Positions 9,602-18,935 of a DNA stretch of 64,000 nt are shown piece after piece (the first letter of the stretch is position 1; every line of letters starts with the position of its first letter). The DNA is taken from NCBI GenBank assembly GCA_965214705.1, contig CBDCCI010000002.1, positions 2,080,001 to 2,144,000 on the forward strand, in the 5' to 3' direction. Source of the DNA: Alphaproteobacteria bacterium. GTDB lineage: Bacteria; Pseudomonadota; Alphaproteobacteria; UBA828. Below the pieces are notes generated by a model that had not been told where the DNA came from, did no database searches, and was given only the letters and a program-made list of their open reading frames with translations. Position numbers and translations under genes: made by a program.

Positions 9602-11038
9602 TCAGGTCCTGACGACAAGCCGCTGGTTCGGCCACGGATGACGGATGCTGGCCTTGGGCCAGTGGGCAGCAGTGAGGGGATTGATATCCTCCCACGCGGT
9701 GCGGTCCCGTTGGGACCTTCGCCGCAGGGCACGCATGAGCAGCCGTTTGCATTGGTGCACGAACCGCACCAGATAGCGGCCGCTCCCGGGTACGCCGTAG
9801 TAGTTGAGCCAGCCGTCGATGACCCTTCCCAGCCACTTCGCTGTCTCGTGCCGGTTGTCGTGCCAGCGCTTGCGCAGCCTTTCCGCGATCCCCCGCAGAG
9901 TGCGGTTGACCCGTTTCCGGGATGGCCTGCGGCCGACCCTGAACCGTCCCTTCCTCGACTGGTCGCAGAAGTGCGTCATGCCAAGGAAGTCGAACGTCTC
10001 CGGCTTGCCCTGCCCCCGTGTCCGGCGGTTCGCTTTCGCGTAGCGGCCGAATTCGATGAGCCGGGTCTTGCCCGGATGCAGTTCCAGTCCGTACTGGGCC
10101 AGCCTCTCGCCGAGGTCCCGGAGGAAACGCTTCGCGTCGCCCTCGTGCTGGAAGCCGCACACAAAATCATCGGCGTATCGCACGATGATTGTGTCGCCTC
10201 CTGCCGTCCGTTTGCGCCATGTGTTGTGGAACCAGTCGTCGAGCACGTAATGCAGGTAAACGTTGGCGAGGCAGGGTGAGATTATCCCACCCTGCGGAAC
10301 GCCCCTGCCGGTGTCCGTCCAGTCGGTCCCTTCCATGACGCCGGCGTTCAGCCACTTGACGATCAGCCGCATGACCCGCGTGTCTCCGATGCGCCTTTCG
10401 AGCATCCCGACCAGGTGGTCCCGCCCGAGATTGTCGAAGAACCCGCGGATGTCGGCGTCAACGACCCAGTTGACCTTCCGCCGTTCCATTCCAACCGCCA
10501 CGGCGTCGAGCGCGTTATGCGTCCCCCGCCCCGGCCGGAAGCCGTAGCTGAAGCCGAGGAACTCCGTCTCGTAGATCGGCACCAGAATCGTATCCGTCAC
10601 CGCCCGCTGGAGTATCTTGTCCTCCAGCGAGGCGATGCCGAGCGGTCGTTGTCCCCCGTCCTCTTTGGGTATGTAGACCCGCCGCGACGGCGGCGCCCGA
10701 TACGCCCCCCTGTGCACACGCCCGTGCAGGTCGACCAAGCGATCTTCCAGCCCGTCGGCGTATGCCTCCCACGTGACGCCGTCCACCCCCGCTGCCGCGT
10801 CCTTTCTCAGCGAATGGTACGCGTCGCGCAGGCAGTCAACCGTCACATGGTGGAGGAGCGCCACGAGACACTCATCCGGGTTCCTCTTTGCAGCCTGTCG
10901 TATCCGGTCGGCCGCCTGTGACTCGCTTCCCCGCTTCTGCGCGCGGCGCGAGCTTTGGCCTTTCGGATTGCCCTTGGGTCCGCCCCTTCGCTCCCCCGGC
11001 TCCGCCGGCCCCGAGGGGCCGTTGTTCGCCGGCTTCAT
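9602..11038 (-). CDS. ltrA: Group II intron reverse transcriptase/maturase of intron A (intact from ATG 11038; alternative start 17936 lies across intron B)
   Basis: AAGVDG, RPLGI, GVPQGG..SP, RYADD; no endonuclease domain; resembles bacterial class E. Confidence 0.93.
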   Translation of the reverse strand: MKPANNGPSGPAEPGERRGGPKGNPKGQSSRRAQKRGSESQAADRIRQAAKRNPDECLVALLHHVTVDCLRDAYHSLRKDAAAGVDGVTWEAYADGLEDRLVDLHGRVHRGAYRAPPSRRVYIPKEDGGQRPLGIASLEDKILQRAVTDTILVPIYETEFLGFSYGFRPGRGTHNALDAVAVGMERRKVNWVVDADIRGFFDNLGRDHLVGMLERRIGDTRVMRLIVKWLNAGVMEGTDWTDTGRGVPQGGIISPCLANVYLHYVLDDWFHNTWRKRTAGGDTIIVRYADDFVCGFQHEGDAKRFLRDLGERLAQYGLELHPGKTRLIEFGRYAKANRRTRGQGKPETFDFLGMTHFCDQSRKGRFRVGRRPSRKRVNRTLRGIAERLRKRWHDNRHETAKWLGRVIDGWLNYYGVPGSGRYLVRFVHQCKRLLMRALRRRSQRDRTAWEDINPLTAAHWPKASIRHPWPNQRLVVRT

Positions 11039-13264
11039 TGCTGTCGGGTCGGAGGAGGCGCCCCGCGAGGCTAGCCTCCGTCCGCCGCTCAAACGGCCCG
11101 TACGGTTTTCCCGTAAGCCGCTTTCACAAAGCCCAAGTTGGCACTTTTCCGCTGCCTGTGTTCCCTATTGGTTTGATTCAACGCGATATTTTTCTCGGTC
11201 GATTCCAACATGGCCCCACATTTTGTGAGATTCTGTCAGCTCATCAGACGGGTCCTCGTGCGGTGGATGGCGGGGTCCACGCCCGCCGCCGAGGAGATTG
11301 CGGCAACCTCGGCGGCCGGGCGCGTGTCCTGGCGGTTGACGATCAAGGTGCCGTCGGTCTGGCGCAGGCGCGTGGTGATCCGCACCCAGGTCCGCATGCT
11401 CTCGCGGATCGACGCCCAGCACTTGTGGATGCCGCGCGCGGCCAGCCGGGTACGGATCAGATGCACGGCGTGGTAGGCCAGCACGGCGATCAGCAGGTGG
11501 GCCGCGATGCGCCGGTCGAGCTGGTGCCAGATCGGGCGAAGGCCGAGCTCGGATTTCAGGCTCCGGAATGTCGCCTCGATATCCGTGATCCGCCAGTACG
11601 TCCGCAGGACCGTCTCGATGTCCCAGTCGACGTGGCTGGTGCGCAGCACATAGGCACCGGCGCCCTCATCGGCCTCGTCGTATCGCGGCCTGCGCTTGAA
11701 GCGCACGGCGGTGGCATTGGGGCCGGTTTTCGCCCTCTCGACCGTGATCTCGTAGTGCCTGGCGACGGCGGAGAAGCGCTGCTTGAGGCGGCCTATGCTC
11801 TCCAGCACCTTGTCGTAGCGCTTGAGGCGGCCCTTGACCGGGAGGCCGCCGTGGAGCCTTTCCAGCGCCGCCTCGAAGCGGTTCCGCCTCAGGCCGATGA
11901 TCGCGTTCTCGGCCTTCTTCTTGCCCTCGCTGACGACGTAGAGCCGCGCCTCGCCGTCCTCGCTGGCAAGCCGCCAGGCCCGCACCTCGTGGCGCGCGCT
12001 GGTGATCAGCAGGGCCTCGGGTCCGCCCTCGGGCGGCGCAGGCCTGGCACCGCGGCTGACCGCGATCCAGTCGTAGCCCTGCTCGCCCAGCCACGCGATG
12101 TTTTTCTCGGTGGCGATGCCCGCGTCCATGACCACCGTGGGCTTCGGCGCCGTGCCGCCGCACACCGCCTCGAGCCGCGCCAGCGCCTCGTGCAGCGTGC
12201 CCGGCTCGCTCACGTTGCCCGGCAGGATCTCGCAACTGCGCGGGAAGCCCGCGCCGTCGAGCGCCAGCGCCAGCGTGATGAGGGGACAGTCGTCGCGCTT
12301 CTGCTTGGAGCGCCCGAACCTGGGAAGCTCGCCGCCCGTGTGGCCGTGGTAGTGGACGTTGGTGAGATCGTAGAAGGCGATCGTCTCGGGCAGGTCGAGC
12401 AGTGCGCGCTCACGGTTGAACAGCTCCCGCTGGATGGCGGCGCGGTGGCGCCAGAGCAGGTCGCCGATGCGGTAGAGCGTCTTGCGCCGCAGCGCCTTGC
12501 GGTCGCCCTCCAGGCCCAGGAGCTCGGCGGCCGCGCTGTCGTGGCGGAGCCAGCGGCTGGTATCACGCTCGCTGGCGGGATGGACCATCCTGGCGACGAT
12601 CAGCGCGCTGGCGATGCGCCCGTCGCGGCCCTTGATGTCGAGGCCGTGGAGGATTTCGGCGAAGCCGAGGGCGTCGAGGGCCTTGAGGCACAGGCGCTCG
12701 CAGCCGACCGTGCGCGGGTTCTCGTGCTCCAGGGTATCGAGGTCGACGGTGGCGATGTCGGGCTTGCGCGCCTCTTCCTGCATCGCCTCGACGCGGAACC
12801 CCCTGGCCCTGAGCTTGGCGACGATGTCCTCGGCTGCGGCCCGCACATCCGCCTCGCCCTCGAACAGCGGCGGCTTGCCGTGAAGCAGCGCCTCGGCGAG
12901 TTCGGTGACGGCCTTCCACTTCTCGCGCGGCACCGGATAGTCGGTGCCGAGATTGAGCAGCGTCCTGTGGCGCACCTTGTCGCCGACGCGCTGGGCGAGC
13001 ACGAGGCGATGGCTTCGGACCGGCTGGCCGGCCTTGAACGAAGCCGCTACGCGGAGTTAGCGGCGTAGAGTTCATTCATTTCCGAGGCGTCGCGGGTGCC
13101 GTTTGTTCTGTGCGTTCGCTTCCCGGTTGCGTCAGTGGCGCTCCGCCCGTCGGGTGGCGGATCCCCAGCAGCCTCCCGATCACCAGTGGTTAGTATCGAC
13201 CCCTGCGACGGACCGTCGCCGGATCGGTCCGGCGGCGCGCCGTCGCGATCCAGGGAGATCGATA

Positions 13265-14143
13265 ATGACCGGGACCGCGTGCGACACGAACACCGTCACC
13301 CCTCTTCGCCAGCGCATGGAGGAGCAGCTCCGCATCGCCAATCTGGCCGCGAGCACGTCCAAGGCCTACATCTGCGAGATCAAGAACCTGGCCAGGTACT
13401 ACGACGCCTCGCCGGACGAGCTCGACGCCGAGCAGGTGCGCCAGTGGTACCTGGGGCGGATCGACAAGGGGCTCAGTCCGGGCACGACCAACGTCTCCTT
13501 CGCCGCGCTGAACTTCCTCTACATCGACACACTCGGCTGGCCTGACCATGTCGCCGGCCTGCGCTCCCGCAAGAAGCCCGGCAAGCTGCCGCGCTACATG
13601 TCGGAGCAGGAGGTCGAGCACCTCATCCTTGCGACACCCGACCTCCGCCACCGTGCTGCCATTGTCACCGGCTATGGCGGCGGGCTCCGCATCTCCGAGA
13701 CCTTGGCCATCAAGGTCGGCGACATCCTGTCGGAGAAGAAGCTGCTGCACATCCCCTCCGGCAAAGGCGGCACCGAGAGAATGGCACCGTTGCCGGACAT
13801 CGTCATCCACTACTTGCGCGTCTACTACAGGAACATCTGGCCGCGTCCGACGAGCTGGCTCTTCTACGGCGTCTCGCTCGACAGGCCCATCGCAACGGAG
13901 ACCTTGCAGGCCGCCTTCAGGAGGGCGCGCGACATTGCCGAGCTCGACCGCAGCTACACCTTCCATTGCCTGCGCCATTCGGCGGCGACCCATCTCCTCG
14001 AGCGCGGCGGCGATATCGAGGTGATCCGGGACATGCTCGGCCATCGAAGCGCGAACACGACCCGTCACTACGCCCGCGTCACCGGCAAGATGTTCGAGGG
14101 CCTCGACCACCCGATCTCAGGCTTCGCAGCGTTGCGCAACTGA
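13265..14143 (+). CDS. Tyrosine recombinase/integrase
   Basis: Copy of 6321-7199. Confidence 0.93.
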   Translation: MTGTACDTNTVTPLRQRMEEQLRIANLAASTSKAYICEIKNLARYYDASPDELDAEQVRQWYLGRIDKGLSPGTTNVSFAALNFLYIDTLGWPDHVAGLRSRKKPGKLPRYMSEQEVEHLILATPDLRHRAAIVTGYGGGLRISETLAIKVGDILSEKKLLHIPSGKGGTERMAPLPDIVIHYLRVYYRNIWPRPTSWLFYGVSLDRPIATETLQAAFRRARDIAELDRSYTFHCLRHSAATHLLERGGDIEVIRDMLGHRSANTTRHYARVTGKMFEGLDHPISGFAALRN

Positions 14144-14149
14144 CGGCGC

Positions 14150-15391
14150 GTGGAGGCCGAACGCGCGGGCGTGGCGGAGATCTTCCGCCGCGCCGGCGCC
14201 GCTTTCCGTGAGCGCCACAAAGGGCGCATCGACGCCGCCCGGCTCAAGGTCATGGGCGCCATCGAGGCGTGCCGCACCGCCGTGCTCGGCGGCCACATGT
14301 ACGCCTGCGAGGGCTGCGGGCGCGAGCATCCGCTCTTCAACTCCTGCCGCAACCGCCACTGCCCCACCTGCCAGGGTCTCGCCGCCAACCTCTGGAGCGA
14401 GGAGCGCGCCGGGGACATCCTGCCGGTGCCCTACTTCCATGTGGTCTTCACCCTGCCCAAGGAGGTTGCCGCCATTGCCTTCTGCAACCGCAGGGTGGTG
14501 TTCGACATCCTCTTCCGGGCCGTCGCCGAGACCCTGCGCACCATCGCCGCCGATCCCCGCCACGGCGGCATGCGCATCGGCGGCACCGCGGTCCTCCATA
14601 CCTGGGATCAGAAGCTCCGCTTCCACCCGCACCTGCACGTGGTCGTGCCCAACGCGGGCTTCGACGTAGACAGTGGCGAGTGGAAGACGGGGAGCACCAC
14701 CTTCCTCGCCCCCGTCAAGGTCCTCGGCAGCCTGTTCCGCCGCCTCTTCCTCGAGGAGCTCGCCCGCGCCCACGGCCGGGGGGACCTGGAGTTCCACGGC
14801 ACCCTCGCCCACCTCGCCAATCCCGGCGAGTTCCACGCCACGCTTGCCGCCGCCCGGGCCAGGGACTGGGTGGTCTACGCCAAGCGGCCCTTCCGCGGGC
14901 CTGAGCAGGTCTTCCGGTACCTCTCGCACTACACGCACAGGATCGCCATCTCCGACAGCCGCATCGTCTCCTTCGACGGCGAGACGGTCTCCTTCCGCCA
15001 CCGAAAGCCCAAGGCGCCGGGGCAGAGAAAGCCGCGCTACGGCATCGCCACCGTGAGCGCCGACGAGTTCATCCGCCGCTTCCTGAGGCACGTCCTGCCG
15101 GACGGCATGCACCGCATTCGCTACTTCGGCATCCTCGCCAACGGCTGCCGCGCCAGCACGCTGGAGAGAGCACGCCAGGCTCTCGGCGCCCTCGGCTGCG
15201 CCGCCCCCGAGGGAAGCGTGGACGGCGCTCGGGCCGAGCCCGACGAAGAGCCCGAGATCGGCACCGCGCCCGTGGCCTGCCCCCACTGCGGCGGCGTCAT
15301 GCGCCTCGTCCGCGAAATCCGCCGCCGCCATGAGCCCCGCTCGACGCGCGGCCCGCCGGCGCTGCCGCCGACCCACAGGGGGAAACCGTGA
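14150..15391 (+). CDS. IS91-family HUH/Y2 transposase
   Basis: Copy of 5073-6314. Confidence 0.93.
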   Translation: MEAERAGVAEIFRRAGAAFRERHKGRIDAARLKVMGAIEACRTAVLGGHMYACEGCGREHPLFNSCRNRHCPTCQGLAANLWSEERAGDILPVPYFHVVFTLPKEVAAIAFCNRRVVFDILFRAVAETLRTIAADPRHGGMRIGGTAVLHTWDQKLRFHPHLHVVVPNAGFDVDSGEWKTGSTTFLAPVKVLGSLFRRLFLEELARAHGRGDLEFHGTLAHLANPGEFHATLAAARARDWVVYAKRPFRGPEQVFRYLSHYTHRIAISDSRIVSFDGETVSFRHRKPKAPGQRKPRYGIATVSADEFIRRFLRHVLPDGMHRIRYFGILANGCRASTLERARQALGALGCAAPEGSVDGARAEPDEEPEIGTAPVACPHCGGVMRLVREIRRRHEPRSTRGPPALPPTHRGKP

Positions 15392-15653
15392 GACGCCCGC
15401 TCGCTTCGGCCCCGCGCAACGGCGCCAAAGCGCCGACGCACGACCGAACCTGTCTCCGCTTGAGCCGGGCTGACAGCCCTCGGCTCACACCCCGCTCAGT
15501 CCTCGCAGCGTGCGCCCGCATGCCTGCCGAAAGACCGGCGCGAGCGTCGATTTTATGCGCAACTCTGCTGCCGGTGGATGCCGCCTGACGCTGACATCAG
15601 CGCACTTTCCACATAGCTCAACTTCGCCTCTCGTGGCCCGCGGCTTCGTTCAA

Positions 15654-15695
15654 AAGGGTTGGGCAGGCTCTCGAGAGAGAGCCTGCCCAACCCTT
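15654..15695. repeat. Perfect 19-bp-stem hairpin at the end of the recombinase/IS91 element (also at 4769-4810)
   Basis: AAGGGTTGGGCAGGCTCTC-GAGA-GAGAGCCTGCCCAACCCTT. Confidence 0.9.
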
Positions 15696-15968
15696 AACCT
15701 TTTGTCGGTGTGTGTCCTGGTTGCCTTGATGTACATGGCGGCGCCGTTTCTGCGATGCCTGTTTCGCATACACGGCGTTCGCGGCATCTGGCAAGAGGGA
15801 TATCGACTCAACTCCAAAGTCCTGGCCCCACAATTGGCTTCCAGGACCACGAATGGCAAATGTGGGTCTCAGGTGTCCTCCAACCCCAACATCTAGTGGT
15901 TCAGCGCCGCAAAACTGGCTCGAACAGGCTCGGCTGGTCGGAAAAAGTGCCAACTTGGGAAAGGTGTC

Positions 15969-17279
15969 TCAACGAAGGTTCAAGGACGGAACCAGTGAGA
16001 TCAGGCGAACAAGCCCGTATTCGTCGATCAGCTTGCGCTCCGGCAACTGTTTCCAGCCAGCGTTGCGCCAGCGCTTGCGACGATGCGACCAGAGCCGCCG
16101 CACGATCCAGCCGTCAAGCTGGTGGAAGAGCCCGCGGACGTGGGCCTTGCAATAGTATTGGCCCCATCCCCGAATGATCGGGTTGATCTCGTCAATCAGC
16201 TCCTGCGTGCTGACAGGAGCCTTGCGCCGGGTACGCTGGCGAATCTGGTCCTTGAAGTGCCGGATGGATTTCTCACGCGGAACCGCGTAGCGCGCTCCCC
16301 CGCGAACCCCGCTCTTGATCTTGGAGGACGACAGCCGGAGAGGCCGCTCGCCCTGCTTGATCTTGTAGCCGAGGAACTCAAACCCGTGCCTGACATGGAC
16401 AATGCGGGTCTTCCCGGCGTTGAGGGACACACCCAGCTTTGCCAGAATCCGCCTGGCCGTCTCCAGTGCTGCGCGGGCTTCCCCGCGTGTGCGGCACGTG
16501 ATCAGCCAATCATCGGCGTATCGCGTTAGTCGATAGCCGCGACGACGCATTTCCCAATCGAACGGGGTCAGCAAGATATTGCTGAGCAGCGGTGAAACGA
16601 TGCCGCCCTGCGGAGTGCCCTGTTCGGTCGGCAGCCTCTTACCGTCGGCCACCACCCCGGCCGTGAGCATCTGCCTGAGCAGACCTAATACCCGGCCATC
16701 CGAGACTCGCTGGTTGACGAGTTCGAGGAGCTTTTCGTGGTCCACGGACCCGAAAAAGTCTTTCAAATCCGCATCGAGAACCCACTCGTTGCCCTCGTCC
16801 AGTTCCCTCCATATCTTGCGTAACGCTCCATGGGCAGACCTTCCTTGCCGGTACCCGTAGTTGGCATCGTCGAACACCGGCTCGAAGATCGGTTCCAGCC
16901 GGTTCAGCAGCGCCTGCTGGCACACCCGGTCGTAGATTGTCGGGATGCCGAGCGGGCGGAACTTCCCCGGCTGGCCCGCCTTGGGGATCAGGCATTGGAG
17001 AACCGGCTGCGGGTGATACTCACCGTCCCGCAACTCCCGGTGCAGGCGATCGAGATTTGCATCCAGCGATGCCTCGAACGCCGCTAAATCCTCTCCGTCC
17101 ACGCCACCGGCACCCCGGTTGCGCTTCACCTTTTCCCAGGCCACCTCAAGGTTCTTCCGCTTGTACACCTTGTCCACCAGTGAGTGGACCTTCCTGTCAC
17201 CCGCCGGGTTGATCCAGTCGATGAGTCTCCTCGGGCCATGATGTCCGGGTCTTTCGCTCAAGGAACTTGTCCGCGTCAT
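15969..17279 (-). CDS. ltrA: Group II intron reverse transcriptase/maturase of intron B
   Basis: KVHSLVDKVY, GAGGVDG, GTPQGGIVSP, RYADD; no endonuclease domain; resembles class F/g1. Confidence 0.93.
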   Translation of the reverse strand: MTRTSSLSERPGHHGPRRLIDWINPAGDRKVHSLVDKVYKRKNLEVAWEKVKRNRGAGGVDGEDLAAFEASLDANLDRLHRELRDGEYHPQPVLQCLIPKAGQPGKFRPLGIPTIYDRVCQQALLNRLEPIFEPVFDDANYGYRQGRSAHGALRKIWRELDEGNEWVLDADLKDFFGSVDHEKLLELVNQRVSDGRVLGLLRQMLTAGVVADGKRLPTEQGTPQGGIVSPLLSNILLTPFDWEMRRRGYRLTRYADDWLITCRTRGEARAALETARRILAKLGVSLNAGKTRIVHVRHGFEFLGYKIKQGERPLRLSSSKIKSGVRGGARYAVPREKSIRHFKDQIRQRTRRKAPVSTQELIDEINPIIRGWGQYYCKAHVRGLFHQLDGWIVRRLWSHRRKRWRNAGWKQLPERKLIDEYGLVRLISLVPSLNLR

Positions 17280-18772
17280 GGTCCTTACTCACTCATCGCT
17301 GTCTCTCGCCGACCACCTCTGCCAACCGACTTCCCCGGCCCACACGGCCGCCGCTCGCGCGGTCACCCGGCTTTCGCCGGGCTTCAGGTACTATTCGGTT
17401 GTCCGATTGCTCGCCGCGCATCCTTTCCCATTTCGCCTTTCGGCTTATAGGGTCCGTTATCCCGGTGCCACCCGGGAACGCGGCGAGCCCTCCTGGGGTC
17501 ACGTCCAGATCTTCCGTACCGTGCCGCTCGCAAACACCTTGGTGCGACGGGTGGGTAAGAACGCCTTCGCCGCCATAGTGCCGGCTCGACCTTGCCCCGT
17601 CTTTGGCCGACCGATTCATCATGGGGTGGCCCCCTCGATTACGGCCCGGTACTTCTCCGCAAGCCCTTCAGATTCCACCTCGCGGTGGACACCCTGCCTT
17701 CCGGTTGTCTTTCGACAGTGGACCAACTTAGCTCCTCCCTTGGCTGTCTCCGCCGTTTCCGGCTTCGTGCCCGTTTAGAGTTTCGCTTATCGGCTCACTC
17801 CGGCCAGTGAGGAATTACCCCCACTTTTGGATATGGCGCCCCTTACCCGAGCGCCAGTGGGACTTGAACCCACCTGATCTGGGCGCTGCCCAGCACACAC
17901 TATGGGCGAATCTGATTTCTTCGAACCGTACATCATTGGGTTGCGGTATAGCTCCTTTCCTTAGCGGCCCCGCACGACCGCGGGGCAGTTCGAAGACCTC
18001 CCAGGTCCCGGTGGACTGCTTCGGCACGTGCCATGGTTCTTAGACCCCGCAGAGCCCCTGCTCGCCTCACCAAAACGGCTCACAGGGTGTTGCCTTCGGC
18101 TAATCTGACAGCCTCGGCACCCCGGTTGAATCAGGTTTCGTGGCTCAATAGCCCGGCCCGTGCCTGCCGCTTCCCAACGCTTCGCCTGCCGCCTCGCGAC
18201 GACCGGCGCATGGGTCGCGGAGAAAGTGGTCGGTTCACCTCTCTTTCTGCCGGGACTTCCACCCGGCGACATTCCACCAGTTTGCCTGGCGCACCAGACT
18301 TCCTGACCTCATGGCCTTGGCGATGCGGATCGGTGCGTCGCGAACTCGTTGAAATCCCCGCTTTCTTCCCGTTTCAGGCCAGATTTTAGTTGATCGTCAC
18401 GGCGGAGGATGCTATTTTAAGGTGATGCATATTTGGTGGTCCGAACCATGCCCGTCACCCTCCCGATTTGCCCCCCAGAAGCGGTTCCGATCGGCAACAG
18501 CTGCTTCGCCGTCCTGATTTCCGACGACACCTTCACCTACTTCTCCAATCTCGTTCCGTTCGACAGCCACCCCGCCGATGACCGTGCCGCCATGCTCATG
18601 CGGATTGGCCGGCTCGCGGTGGTCAGCGATATCGCGCAACGGGATCTGGTCGACGCGTTCGGTGTCTCGCGCGCGACCGTGCTGCGCGCGCGGGCGGCGC
18701 TACCTGGCCGAGGGTGAAGCGGCGTTTCTGAAACCCCGGCGCGGTCGCGGGCCGTCGGTATTCACACCGGAA

Positions 18773-18935
18773 GGCTTATCCCTCTGGCTCCGGTTCCCCA
18801 ACATGTTGTACCGGCCACCTCGGCGGCGGTATCCGACACGGTCGCAGTTCCTTCCGTGTCTCAATGGGTTGCCCGTAAAGTGCCCAGCGATCCGGCACCC
18901 CACATATGGAGAAGCCGGATGTAAGGGGATAAGCC
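18773..18935. mobile_element. 163-bp MITE
   Basis: Terminal IR GGCTTATCCC with further imperfect pairing; 12-bp TSD TTCACACCGGAA (18761-18772, 18936-18947). Confidence 0.85.

Larger units (their letters stand above)
13036..15699 (+). mobile_element. Tyrosine recombinase + IS91-type transposase element (TIM-like), copy 2
   Basis: Same length as copy 1; only two amino-acid differences seen (PTNW/PTSW, GTVAH/GTLAH). Confidence 0.9.
11236..15736 (-). pseudogene. IS1634 transposase interrupted after codon 12 by the recombinase/IS91 element
   Basis: MYIKATRTHTDK (15701-15736) joins KAGQPVRSHRLVLAQRVGDKVRHRTLLNLG (from 13035); FYDLTN, VVMDAGI, IEATFRSLKSELGLRPIWH. Confidence 0.88.
11132..15959 (-). 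mobile_element. IS1634-family element inserted in intron B just after the RT stop codon
   Basis: 17-bp IR CCCAAGTTGGCACTTTT (11132-11148, 15943-15959); 4-bp TSD AAAG (11128-11131, 15960-15963). Confidence 0.9.
11043..17898 (-). mobile_element. Group II intron B nested in intron A copy 1 (twintron; ~2024 nt without IS1634)
   Basis: 5' GTGTG at 17898; domain V/VI GAAAGCGGCTTACGGGAAAACCGTACGGGCCGTTTGAG...CCCGAC ending at 11043; flanks CCCATAGT|AGCAATG are contiguous in copy 2 at 25696/25697. Confidence 0.92.
9526..18294 (-). mobile_element. Group II intron A, copy 1 (1913 nt once nested intron B is removed)
   Basis: 5' GTGCG at 18294; domain V/VI GAGGAGCCGGATGCG...CCCTACCGCGAT ending at 9526; matches copy 2 at 25301-27209. 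Confidence 0.93.

Noticed and set aside
6321-14143. Integron integrase with cassette array
   Set aside because: The recombinases are coupled to IS91 transposases; the GTTGGGC/GCCCAAC pair is in the opposite order to attC, and no cassette array is seen.
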